DNA of 64,000 nt from an uncultured delta proteobacterium. Its GTDB lineage: Bacteria > Myxococcota_A > UBA9160 > SMWR01. The notes beneath the pieces were generated by a model. The model ran no database searches. It saw only the letters and a program-made list of their open reading frames with translations, and had not been told where the DNA came from. The position numbers and the translations under genes are program-made. Where the stretch lies: the NCBI GenBank assembly GCA_963832165.1, contig CAWHTE010000001.1, positions 768,001 through 832,000 of the forward strand, written 5' to 3'. Positions 37,604 to 47,691 of the stretch are shown here, piece after piece; position 1 is the first letter of the stretch; each line of letters starts with the position of its first letter.

Positions 37604-37784
37604 GATTGTCTTCGCGCTCGCGGTCGACCAGTCCGTAGCCCGCGAGGTCGTCGTAGGTGGCCACGGACCGCTCGGCGGACACTCCTTCGCGCGTAGCGCG
37701 CTTCTCGCGCTTCGCGGCGGCCTTCTCCGCCTTCTTCAGCTCTCGCTGCCGCTTCAGGACCGCGGTCTTGCTCTTTCTCGCCAT
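37593..37784 (-). CDS. Small basic hypothetical protein (63 aa)
   Basis: GGAG RBS; MARKSKTAVLKRQRELKKAEKAAAKREKR; overlaps NYN start by 11 bp. Confidence 0.7.
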   Translation of the reverse strand: MARKSKTAVLKRQRELKKAEKAAAKREKRATREGVSAERSVATYDDLAGYGLVDREREDNRDH

Positions 37785-37862
37785 GGGCGATCTCCGCTGG
37801 AGGAAGGGAATCGGGCGGGGACCCTATCCTAACCCGGGCGGGACGCCCACACACCCGCCCGA

Positions 37863-38855
37863 TCAAGGATCGGTCGGGTCCCGCAGCAGCGGCCCCGGAA
37901 TCGCCTCGCCTTCGCGCTGGGCGTGGCGGACGGCGCCGATCAGCCGCAGCGCCTGCGAGAGGAACATCACGCCGAGCAGGACGTTGATCACGAGGAAGAT
38001 CGCATTGACCGAGAAGGCGTAGGCGATCAGCGCATCCCGGTCTCCGAACTCGCCGAACAGCGCGGCCCAGGTCAGCTCGCGGGTGCCGAAGTTGCCCAGC
38101 GTGGGAATCACGAATGCCAGGTAGACGAGCGGGAGCCGCGCAGCGAGCGCGCTCCAGTCGAGCGGCACGCCGAACGCGCGCGAAGCGAGCCACTGGATGT
38201 GGATGTCGAAGATCGCGAGCGCGGCGAATCCGACGAGAAACGGCGCGATCTGCCGCGGCGGAAAACGCCCGAGCCAGTCCGCGATCACCTTGATCCGCCG
38301 CGAGCGCAGTCGTCCGGATCGCACCAGCGCGACGCTCAACGCGCCGGCTGCGAGCAGCGCCCACATGATGCCCGCCGTGATGGCGACGCTGGCCAGCACG
38401 CCGTCGCCTCCACTCGAACGCTGCAGCGGCAGCGCGATCGTCATCTGGACGAGCATCACGAAGAAGTGGCAGATGCCCGGGATCAACGCCGAAGCGATCA
38501 CGGCGTCGATGCGCCCTCCGCAGAGCTGGAGCAGCCCGACCGCGTAGGCCGCGTCCGCAAGCGGGTTGCTCACGGCGCGCGCGAGCTCCGATCCGCCGCG
38601 AATCGCGATGACGGACCTGATCGGCACGTTCGCGACGAATCGGCGCAGCGCAGTGGCCGAGAGCCAGGCCCACGCAGCGAAGAACGCGAGCCGATCCGCC
38701 GTCGCGAACAGCAGGAATCGCGGCACGTCCGCGCCTTCGAGCGCCGCGATCAGCCGCGCCCACTCGGTGGCATAGCCGAACACGTAGAAGAGCAGTGCCG
38801 CCGAGATCACCCACGGCAGCACGCTGCGCCATCGCTTCTCGATGCCCGTCACCAT
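37863..38855 (-). CDS. Flippase-like (lysylphosphatidylglycerol synthase TM/UPF0104) membrane protein
   Basis: About 8 TM segments; IPTLGNFGTRE motif. Confidence 0.75.
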   Translation of the reverse strand: MVTGIEKRWRSVLPWVISAALLFYVFGYATEWARLIAALEGADVPRFLLFATADRLAFFAAWAWLSATALRRFVANVPIRSVIAIRGGSELARAVSNPLADAAYAVGLLQLCGGRIDAVIASALIPGICHFFVMLVQMTIALPLQRSSGGDGVLASVAITAGIMWALLAAGALSVALVRSGRLRSRRIKVIADWLGRFPPRQIAPFLVGFAALAIFDIHIQWLASRAFGVPLDWSALAARLPLVYLAFVIPTLGNFGTRELTWAALFGEFGDRDALIAYAFSVNAIFLVINVLLGVMFLSQALRLIGAVRHAQREGEAIPGPLLRDPTDP

Positions 38856-38893
38856 CGCGTTGTCTTCACCGTGAGGACGGGCTCGCCGTGGGC

Positions 38894-40615
38894 TCAATCA
38901 ACGTGGGCGAGATCGACCGGATCGGACTCGAGGTCCGGTGTGATGTAGCGGGGAAGTGCCTGGTACAGGCTCATCAGCGTGCGCGCATCCACCGCGCCGT
39001 CGGCGCGAAGACCCCGGTCCTTCTGGAATAGCAATACGGCGCTGCGCGTCGCCTCGTCGAACTGCCCCTGGATCTCCCCAGTGTAGAAGCCGATCTCGGC
39101 CAGCGCACTTTGCAGCCAGCTCACCGCCTCGCCCTTCGCGCCGTATCCGAGCACGTCGGGGAGCTGCTCGTAGTCGCGCCACAGCGCGTATACCTCGCCG
39201 TCGAGGTGGCGCAGCAGGTCGCTCTGCGTGACCCGCAGCGCCATGCCCGGCACGATGCCTTCGAGCTCTGCGTAATCTCCCTCGAGCGAGCGCAACAGCG
39301 CGACGTGCTCCGTGCCCGAGGCGTCGCGCAGCGAGACGAGTGCGGGCGCCCCCGCGCTGCGCAGCGCCGCGAGCTCGGGCAGGATCGGCATCATCTCGAG
39401 GTGCTCCCTCGACAGGCGCGCGCGCAGCTCCTCGAACTCGAGCTTCTGCGTGCCCGCCGTGGGTCTGCCCCAGGTCGCGAGCGTCGCATCGAGCGTCGCG
39501 GCGCGGCCCTGCGCGGGACTCATGAGGGCCAGCTGCGCCCCGAGAGCTCCGTCGACCACGGGCGGGCCCGGCGGGCGAGCCGAGACCGGACCGGGCGCCG
39601 TCTCCGGCTCGGTGGCCGAGTCCGGAGTCGTCTCCGCCTGTGCTTCCGGCTGCGCCGAGACCGGCGGTGTCGCGGAGAGCGCGGTGCGCTCCGGGGGGCG
39701 CGCATTCTGGAACCCGCGCGTTCCGACGAGTGCGAACAGGCCCACAGCGAGCAGCACGCCCGCTGCCCCGAGCCCGAGTGCGACGCGCTCCCAGCGCAGC
39801 GAGAGCTTCGGCCGCGCGGGCCGCAGCTCTGCCGCCGCGCGCGCCACGAGCTCTCGGCCGATCTGGGCCTTCTGATCCGCATAGCCCGCGAGCAGTGCGC
39901 GATCGCAGAGCAGATTGATCAGCCGCGGCACGCCGCCGCTGCGGTGGTGGATCGCGCGCAGCGCCCGGTCGGTGAAGATCGGCCGCTCTGCACCGGCCAC
40001 GCGCAGCCGGTGGCGCACGTACTCGATCGTCTCCCCCTCGTCCATCGGACCGAGGTGGGTCCGCACGCTGATCCGCTGCCGCAGCTGGCGCAGGTCCTCG
40101 GCCGCGAGCTTCTGATCGAGCTCCGGCTGACCCAGCAGGACGATCTGGAGCAGCTTCGACGTCTCCGTCTCGAGATTCGAAAGCAGTCGCAGCTGCTCGA
40201 GCGTCTCGGTCGACAGGTTCTGCGCCTCGTCGATGATCAGCAGCACGCGTCGCCCCTCGCTGCGCATTTCGACGAGGAAGTTGTTGAGCACGTCGGTGAG
40301 CTCGGGGCGCGAGTCGCCGAACGTCGAGAGTCCGAATTCGCCGTTGATGGCCTTGAGCAGCTCGAGCGGCGTGAGCGTCGGGTTGAACAGGAACGCCACC
40401 TCGGTCTCGCTGCCGAGCCGGCGCAGCAGCGTGCGGCACAGCGTGGTCTTGCCCGTGCCCACCTCGCCCGTGATCGCCATGAACCCCTCGCCCTGCTCGA
40501 TCCCATAGACGAGGTGTCCCAGCACCTCGCGGTGCGAGACCGAGAGATAGAGGAATCGGGGGTCGGGGCTGAGCGCGAAGGGCTTCTCGTGGAAGCCGTA
40601 GTAGGGCGTATACAT
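38894..40615 (-). CDS. exeA: ExeA/GspA-type AAA ATPase with TM and peptidoglycan-binding domain
   Basis: MYTPYYGFHEKPFALSPDP, GEVGTGKT, IIDEAQNL, LRQRI, GVPRLIN; C-terminal AVSWLQSAL...FQKDRGLRADG. Confidence 0.85.
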   Translation of the reverse strand: MYTPYYGFHEKPFALSPDPRFLYLSVSHREVLGHLVYGIEQGEGFMAITGEVGTGKTTLCRTLLRRLGSETEVAFLFNPTLTPLELLKAINGEFGLSTFGDSRPELTDVLNNFLVEMRSEGRRVLLIIDEAQNLSTETLEQLRLLSNLETETSKLLQIVLLGQPELDQKLAAEDLRQLRQRISVRTHLGPMDEGETIEYVRHRLRVAGAERPIFTDRALRAIHHRSGGVPRLINLLCDRALLAGYADQKAQIGRELVARAAAELRPARPKLSLRWERVALGLGAAGVLLAVGLFALVGTRGFQNARPPERTALSATPPVSAQPEAQAETTPDSATEPETAPGPVSARPPGPPVVDGALGAQLALMSPAQGRAATLDATLATWGRPTAGTQKLEFEELRARLSREHLEMMPILPELAALRSAGAPALVSLRDASGTEHVALLRSLEGDYAELEGIVPGMALRVTQSDLLRHLDGEVYALWRDYEQLPDVLGYGAKGEAVSWLQSALAEIGFYTGEIQGQFDEATRSAVLLFQKDRGLRADGAVDARTLMSLYQALPRYITPDLESDPVDLAHVD

Positions 40616-40727
40616 CCGACGACTCGCGCGGAGATCGGTGATTGACCCCGACTCTAGCAACCCGCGCACGCGCAACGGAGCAATCGCTCCTGCGCACGGC
40701 CCGCGGCCCCGCGGGAGCCGCGTCGGC

Positions 40728-42435
40728 TCAGGATCGCGCGGCGGCGAGCGCGTCGCGGAGCTCGCGCTTCAGGATCTTGCCGGCGGCGTTGCGCGGCAGC
40801 GGCTCGCGCGCGAACTCGACCACGCGTCGGCACCTTGAACGCCGCGAGCCGCTCGCCGCACGTGCGCTGCAGCGCGTCGATCGTCGAGCGCCGTGCCCGG
40901 CTTCAGGTAGACGGCACGCGCGACCTCCTCGCCGAGCCGCTCGTGGGGCACGCCGAACACCGCCGCCTCGTACACGGCGGGGTGCTCGTAGATCGCCGCC
41001 TCGACCTCGGCGCAGTACACGTTCTCGCCGCGCGCGCAGCACCATGTCCTTGGCGCGGTCCTCGACGTAGACGAAGCCCTCGTCGTCGATGCGGCCGAGG
41101 TCGCCGCTGCGCAGCCAGCCGTCGACGATCGTCTCGGCGGTGGCGTCGGGCCGGTTCCAGTAGCCGCGGATCAGGTTCGGGCCCTTGAACCAGATCTCGC
41201 CCACGCTCGCCGGCCGGCAGCGGCGGTCCCGTCCGGGTCGCGGACCGCGATCTCGAGGATCGGGCACGGCGCGGCCCGGTGCTCGTCGGGCTGGCGCAGG
41301 TAGTCGTCGCCGGCGTTCTGCGGGCCGTAGGCGTTGGTCTCGGTCATGCCGTAGCCGATGCCGGGCGCGCCGTTGCGGAAGCTCGACGTCGACGCGGCGG
41401 ACGAGCTCGGGCGGCGCCGGCGCGCCGCCGCCGCCGACCGACTGCGAGGCTCGACGTGTCGCGCTCGCGCGAAGTCGGGCGACTCGAGCAGGTCCCAGGA
41501 CTGCGTCGGCACGCCGACGAAGTTGGTGACCCGCTCGCGCTCGATCAGCTCGAGCGCGCGCTCCGGCGTCCCACTTGTACATGATCACGAGCTTCAGCCC
41601 GCCGCGAAGCACGAGAGCATCACCGGCACGCAGCCGGTGACGTGGAACAGCGGCACGATGAGGATGAAGCTCGTGCGGGTAGCGCTTCGGCGGCTCGGCG
41701 TCTCCGGCTGGCGCAGCGCCGCGCGACGGCGGCCTGGCAGCCGAAGCCCATGAGCGCCTGCGAGCACCGCGCGGTGCGTCGACACCGCGCCCTTCGGCCG
41801 GCCCGTGGTGCCCGACGTGTAGAGGATCGTGGCGTCGTCGTCGCGGATCGATCGCGACGTCGGGCATCGGCGCGCCCAGCGCGACGACGTCCTCGCAGCG
41901 CTCGACGCCCGCGGGCAGCGCGGCGCCGCCGCTGCGCACCGCGATCGCGCGGATGCCGAGCTGCCGCGAGCGTCGCCGCGGCGCGCTCGACCCGCTCGCG
42001 GTCGGCGATCAGCACCGCGGCTGCCCGAGTCCTCGAGCGCGAAGTCGAGCTCGTCGGCCGTCCACCACGCGTTGAGCGACACGGCGACTCGCGCCGATCG
42101 AGGTGATCGCGGCGAACGCGACGACCCACTCCGGGTAGTTGCGCATGGCGATCGCGACGCGGTCGCCCGGCGCGACGCCGTAGCGGTTCGACGAGCGCGC
42201 GCGCCGAGCGCGTCGACGTGGCGCATCGTCTCGGCGAAGCTCCAGCGCTCGTCCTCGTAGACGAGGAAGGTCTGCGTCGCCGCGTGCGCGCGCCGCAGTC
42301 GAAGAGCGAGCGCAGCGAGGGCGGCGTGTTCTTGAACACCCGCAGCCGCTCGCCGCGGATCAGGGCCTCGCCGATTTCGAACGGCGAGCCCGGCCCGGTG
42401 ATCTGGGCGATCGCTTCTTCGTAGCTGATTCCCAT
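40728..42435 (-). pseudogene. Long-chain acyl-CoA synthetase (AMP-binding) with many indels; pseudogene or sequencing error
   Basis: Fragments in alternating frames: [64 protein letters not shown]. Confidence 0.85.
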
Positions 42436-42518
42436 GCGCGCCTCCTCGAGGCGCATTCTAGAACGGGGGCGGCGCGTCGGGCGTGGGGGACCCGACGCGC
42501 CGCCAGGCAGGCGCGCGG

Positions 42519-43245
42519 CTACGGGGGGGTAGCCGCGTCGCCGCGCGAGCGCCGCGAGCAATGCGACTCCTGCGAGCAGCCCGGCCGAGCCGGGCTCGGG
42601 CAGCGCGTTGACACCCGAGCAGGCGTCGCCGTCGCCGTCGCGATCGGCATCGATCCAGTACTGATTCGGATTCACGGGGCAGGCGCCGACGACGAGGTTC
42701 ATCGCCGAGTCGTCGATTGCCGGGTCGAGCACCGTCTCCGCGTCGAAGTACGCGCCCGTGAAGTCGGCCTGCTCGCCGTTGACCAGGTTCGAGAGGTCCG
42801 CACCGAGCAGATGGGCGCCCCGGAGATCAGCGTCCTCGACGTCAGCGCCAACGAGCACCGCGTCCACGAGGATGGCGTGGGCGAAGGTCGCGGCCTCCGC
42901 GTCAGCACCACTCAGATCGGCGCGGGTGAGATCGGAGCTCGTGAAGTTGGCTTCCTCGAGCTCGCTCGCGACGAGCACCAGGTCGACGAGGGTCGCGTCG
43001 ATGAGCAGAGCGTTGCGCAGGTTGGTGGCGCCGAAATCGCTTCCCGTGAGATCGGCCTCGGTGAGGTCGATGTGGTGCAGGTCCTCGCCGTGGTGGTCTT
43101 CGTGGGAGTGGTTCTCTCCTAAGTGAGACCCATACGCTGCGAGGGGGGCGGCTGCCGCGGAAGTCGAGACGGCGAGCGCGAGGGGTGCGAGGAGCACGAG
43201 GGCGGCGAACGGGCTGCGCCCGGGCCGCGGGGCGAACGGAGACAT
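42519..43245 (-). CDS. Secreted pentapeptide-repeat protein with TSP3-like motif and PEP-CTERM; stop apparently missed at a C7 run
   Basis: Signal peptide; about 22 xADLx repeats; DADRDGDGDAC; LPEPGSAGLLAGVALLAALARRR. Confidence 0.8.
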
Positions 43246-43456
43246 GGCATTTACCTTTCCGGTCCGCAGGGCGGGGCTGGGCGGCTTTCGCTCATCCCCG
43301 GGGCGGTCACACGAGAGGTTCAGTTGTGCCTTGCCTATCGGTCGGCAGATCGGGGGCTTTAGGCCCCATTTTCTGAATGCCGCTCACGCGCGTGCAACTT
43401 CGCGCGCAGTCCGGCGCGTTCGCCTACGATCGACGCCCCGCAGCCGAGCCCCACCG

Positions 43457-44698
43457 TTGGCGAACTCCCACTCTTCTACGGCCGAGACCCGCGAACGCCC
43501 TCTCGCCGGCGTGCGGATCCTCGCGGTCGAGCAGATGCAGGCGATGCCGTTCGCTACCCAGCTCCTCGCTCACATGGGAGCCGAGGTGGTGAAGGTGGAG
43601 CACCCCGTTGACGGCGAGTCGGGGCGCGGCGCGCAGCCGAGCCTGCGCGACGACGATGGGCGAGAGGTGGGCGCCACCTATCTGCGGAACAACCTCGGCA
43701 AGAAGAGCATCGGCATCGACCTCAAGCATCCGCGCGGGGTCGAGCTCGTGCGCCGCCTGGTTCCCCACTACGACGTCGTCGCGGAGAACTTCAAGCCGGG
43801 CACGATGGAGCGACTCGGGCTCGGCTACGACACGCTCGCAGCCGACCACCCCGCGCTCGTCTACGTCTCGGTGTCGGGCTTCGGGGGCCTCTTGCCGACG
43901 CCGTACGGCGCGTGGCCCGCCTACGCCGTCGTCGCCGAGGCGATGGGCGGCTTCTACTCGTTCCGGCCCGAGCCCGGTCGCCTGCCCAATATCGGCGTGG
44001 CGGGCGCGCTCGGCGACATCGGCAGCGCGCTGTTCGCGGCGATCGGCACGCTCGCGGCGCTCGAGGGCCGCCGCCGCACCGGGCGCGGGCAGCGCGTGGA
44101 CGTGGCGATGTTCGACGCGATGCTCCCGATCATGGACATGGTCCTGTTCAATCCGTCGATCGGGATCCTCGACAACAGCCTCGCGGCCTGGCCGGGCATC
44201 TGCACCTCGTTCGCGGCTTCGGACGGCCTGTTCGTGGTGCAGGTCGGACGCGAACACCAGTTCGAGCGCTTCGCCGCCGCGGTCGGACACCCGGAATGGC
44301 TCTCCGATCCGCGCTTCGCGACGCGCGAGGGCTGGAGCGAGCACCTCGACGGCGTAGTTCGCCCCGCCGTGGAGAAATGGGCGCGCGAGCGCACGAAGCT
44401 CGAGGCGTCGCGCGTGCTCGCCGAGCAGGGGATCGTCGCGGGTCCCAGCTACGACGCCGACGATCTACGCCGCGATCCGCACGTGCGCGCGCACGCGATG
44501 GTGCGCGAGGTCGCGCGCCCCGACGGCGGATCGCCGCTGCACGTGGCGGGCAACCCGATCAAGCTGTCGGGCAGCGACGAGCCGCTGGGCCAGCGCTGGC
44601 CGCGGCTGGGCGAGCACACCGACGAGATCCTCACGCGCGACCTCGCGCTCGGCGCCGCGGACCGCGCCGCGCTGCGCGAGGCCGGCGTGATCGCCTGA
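43457..44698 (+). CDS. Family III CoA-transferase (CaiB/BaiF); start approximate
   Basis: PLAGVRIL, MGAEVVKVE, GKKSIGIDLK, ENFKPG, LGEHTDEIL. Confidence 0.92.
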   Translation: MANSHSSTAETRERPLAGVRILAVEQMQAMPFATQLLAHMGAEVVKVEHPVDGESGRGAQPSLRDDDGREVGATYLRNNLGKKSIGIDLKHPRGVELVRRLVPHYDVVAENFKPGTMERLGLGYDTLAADHPALVYVSVSGFGGLLPTPYGAWPAYAVVAEAMGGFYSFRPEPGRLPNIGVAGALGDIGSALFAAIGTLAALEGRRRTGRGQRVDVAMFDAMLPIMDMVLFNPSIGILDNSLAAWPGICTSFAASDGLFVVQVGREHQFERFAAAVGHPEWLSDPRFATREGWSEHLDGVVRPAVEKWARERTKLEASRVLAEQGIVAGPSYDADDLRRDPHVRAHAMVREVARPDGGSPLHVAGNPIKLSGSDEPLGQRWPRLGEHTDEILTRDLALGAADRAALREAGVIA

Positions 44699-44732
44699 GA
44701 ACCCCGAGCGCCCCGAAGAACAGGAGCCCGCG

Positions 44733-45533
44733 ATGCCCGATGCGATCGTCGAGCGCGACCGACACACGATGGTGATCACGATGAATCGCCCTAAGCGCTA
44801 CAACGCGCTGTCCGGCGCGATGCTCGTGCGCATGTACGATGCCTACGAGGAGGCCTCGAAGAGCGACGACGTGCGCTGCATCATCGTCACGGGTGCGGGC
44901 GGAAACTTCTGCTCGGGTGCCGATCTCAAGGCGATGTCCGGCGACGGCGGCAACGAGGATCCCGAGATCGACGTGCAGGCGCGGCTCAAGGACGATCCCG
45001 ACCTCGTCTACAAGGCCCTGTTCCGCCACTACCGCCCGACGAAGCCGATCATCGCGGCCGTCGAGGGCGTGGCGATCGCGGGCGGCACCGAGATCCTGCA
45101 GGCGATGGAGATCCGCGTCGCGGGCGAGAGCGCGCGCTTCGGGGTGTCCGAGGCGCGCTGGTCGCTCTATCCGATGGGCGGCTCGGCGGTGCGCCTGCCG
45201 CGCCAGATCCCCTACACGCAGGCGGCGGAGATCCTGCTCACGGGCAAGCACATCCACGCGCCCGAGGCGAAGGCGATCGGCCTGATCGGACACGTGGTGC
45301 CCGACGGCCAGGCACTCGTGAAGGCACGCGAGATCGCCGACGTGATCTGCGCGAACGGCCCGCTCGCGGTCGAGGCGATCACGCGCACGCTGCACGAATG
45401 CGACGGCATGGAGCTCGACCAGGCACTGCGCCACGAATGGGGCTACGGCCAGGCCGTGTTCGCGAGCGAGGACTCGAAAGAGGGGCCGCTCGCATTCGCG
45501 CAGAAACGCACACCGCAGTTCAAGAGGCGTTAG
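44733..45533 (+). CDS. Crotonase/enoyl-CoA hydratase
   Basis: MNRPKRYNAL, FCSGADL, AIAGGTEI, FGVSE. Confidence 0.92.
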   Translation: MPDAIVERDRHTMVITMNRPKRYNALSGAMLVRMYDAYEEASKSDDVRCIIVTGAGGNFCSGADLKAMSGDGGNEDPEIDVQARLKDDPDLVYKALFRHYRPTKPIIAAVEGVAIAGGTEILQAMEIRVAGESARFGVSEARWSLYPMGGSAVRLPRQIPYTQAAEILLTGKHIHAPEAKAIGLIGHVVPDGQALVKAREIADVICANGPLAVEAITRTLHECDGMELDQALRHEWGYGQAVFASEDSKEGPLAFAQKRTPQFKRR

Positions 45534-45537
45534 CTCG

Positions 45538-46515
45538 ATGCGCGCGTGGCAGGTGACTGGCGCGGGCGAGCCGCGCGCGGCGCTCGCGCTCGCGGAAGTC
45601 GAGCTGGGCCCGCCGCCGCCCGGGATGTTGCGCGTGCGCGTCGAGGCGTGCGCGCTCGGTCTCCCCGACCTCTTCATGTGTCGCGGCAGCTACGCGCTCA
45701 CACCGAAGACGCCGTTCACGCCGGGTCAGGAGCTCGCGGGAGTGGTGCTCGAGGCGGGGCCGGGTGCGCAGGCGCAGGTCGGTGCGCGCGTGATGGCGGT
45801 CTCGGCGTTCTTCCTCGGGCATGGTGGCTTCGCCGAGGAGGCGTGGGTGCTCGACGAGTTCTGCTTTCCCGTGCCCGACGACATGGCCGTCGACGAGGCC
45901 GCTGCGTTCCTGATCCCCTACCACACGGCGTGGGTGGGCCTCGTGCGGCGCGGCGCGCTGCGCGCGGGCGAGACGCTGCTCGTGCTCGGCGGTGCGGGGG
46001 GCACGGGCTCGGCGGCGATCCAGCTCGGCCATGCGATCGGTGCGCGCGTGCTCGCGACCGCTCGCGGCGGCGAGCGTCAGGCATTCTGCCGCGCGCTCGG
46101 CGCCGAGTTCGCGTTCGATCCCGGCGAGGGCCTCGCCGAGGCGGTGCGCGAGGCCACGGCGGGGCAGGGCGCCCACGTCGTGTACGACACGGTCGGCGGC
46201 GACGCGTTCGAGGCGGCCACGCGCTGCATTGCGCACGAGGGACGCCTGCTCTTGATCGGCTTTGCGAGCGGGCGCTGGGGTCGACCCGATCCCGCGCAGA
46301 TCGTGACGCGCAACTACTCGATCGTCGGCGTGATCCCGAGCGGCTACGGGCGCGAGGTCAAGTGCGCCGCGCAGGCCGAGCTGCTCGCGCATCGCGCGCG
46401 CGGTGCGCTGCGCGTCCCGCTCGATCCGCCCGTGCCGTTCGAAAAGCTTCCGGACGCGCTCGAGCGGCTCGCGCGGCGCGAGGTGCTCGGCAAGCTCGTG
46501 CTGAGGGTCCGCTGA
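45538..46515 (+). CDS. NADPH:quinone oxidoreductase (MDR family)
   Basis: PFTPGQELAG, LVLGGAGGTGSAA, VYDTVGG, IGFASG. Confidence 0.9.
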   Translation: MRAWQVTGAGEPRAALALAEVELGPPPPGMLRVRVEACALGLPDLFMCRGSYALTPKTPFTPGQELAGVVLEAGPGAQAQVGARVMAVSAFFLGHGGFAEEAWVLDEFCFPVPDDMAVDEAAAFLIPYHTAWVGLVRRGALRAGETLLVLGGAGGTGSAAIQLGHAIGARVLATARGGERQAFCRALGAEFAFDPGEGLAEAVREATAGQGAHVVYDTVGGDAFEAATRCIAHEGRLLLIGFASGRWGRPDPAQIVTRNYSIVGVIPSGYGREVKCAAQAELLAHRARGALRVPLDPPVPFEKLPDALERLARREVLGKLVLRVR

Positions 46516-47691
46516 TGGCGGAGGCGTCGCTCGAGCTCGCGGCGGTGCTCGCAGAGGCCGAGCGGCGCACGGGGCTGCACGACTTCGGCGATCCGGCGTT
46601 CCGGGATCCGCTCGAGCGGCTGCTGCGTTCGCTGCGCGAGGAAGCGCGCCTGAACGCGGTCGGCCGCGCGATGCAGTTCGAGCGCAACGTCGGGCTGCTC
46701 GTGAATCGGCTGCGCACCGAGGACCACTACCGGCGCCATCCCGAGATCGCGCAGGAGCGCATCGAGCGGCCGCTCGTGATCGTGGGGCTCGCGCGCACGG
46801 GCACCACGATGCTGCACCGGATGATGGCGAGCGATCCGCGCTGGCTCGCGCTGCTCTGGTACGAATCGCGCAATCCGGCGCCGTTCCCGGGCGGCGAAGA
46901 CGCCGCAGTCGATCCGCGCATCACCGACGCCGAGGCCGAGGTGGCCGCGATGCTCGAGGGATCTCCGGATCTCATTGCCGTGCACCCGATGGACGCGCAC
47001 GCGCCCGACGAGGAGATCATGCTCGTCGAGCACGCGTTCACGAGCTGGAATCCCGAGGCGTTCTGCCGCGTGCCGAGCTATCGCGCAGTACTCGAGGCGA
47101 TCGGATCTCGGCGCCGGGCTATCGCTACCTCGTGCGGCTCCTGCAGTTTCCTGCAGTGGCAGAAGCGCCGGCGCGGCGAGACCGCGGCGCGCTGGGTGTT
47201 CAAGGCGCCGTATCACCTCGGCTCGCTCGACGCGCTGTTCGCGGTGCTGCCCGACGCGCGAGTCGTCGATGACGCACCGCGATCCGGTCCAGACCGTGCC
47301 CTCGTTCGCGAGCATGATCCGCGCGCTCTACGTGCTCGGCAGCGACTCGGTCGATCCCCTCGAGATCGCCGCGCATTGGGGCCGGAAGTGGGCGCGTGCG
47401 CTCGAGCGCGCAATCGCCGCGCGCGCCTCGCGCGAGGACCGCTTCCTCGACATCCATTACGGGGATCTCGTCGCTGACCCGATGGCGCAGGTGCGCCGCA
47501 TCTACGCGCACGCGGACCTCGAGCTCACTCCCGAAGCGGAGGCGCAGATGCGCCGGTGGGCGGTCGAGAACGAGCGCGACCGCCGCCCCGTGCACGCGTA
47601 CACGCTCGAGGAGTTCGGTTACACCGAAGGCGCGCTGCGCGACTCGTTCCGCGCCTATTGCGAGCGCTTCCTCGGCGGTCGGCTCACCTAG
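46515..47691 (+). CDS. Sulfotransferase family protein; indels near 47100-47150 and 47270
   Basis: 5'-PSB IVGLARTGTTMLH, WVFKAPYH, then MTHRDP and FLDIHY in another frame. Confidence 0.85.

Noticed and set aside
42514..42537. CGCGGCTAC-G6-GTAGCCGCG hairpin as a REP
   Set aside because: Does not match the GTAGGGCGGGAG family; single copy, more likely a gene-end hairpin
41620..43245. Apparent fusion of the pentapeptide/PEP-CTERM protein to the acyl-CoA synthetase
   Set aside because: PEP-CTERM is terminal; removing one C from the C7 run (42523-42529) gives TAG, and the synthetase has its own TAGAAT box and RBS
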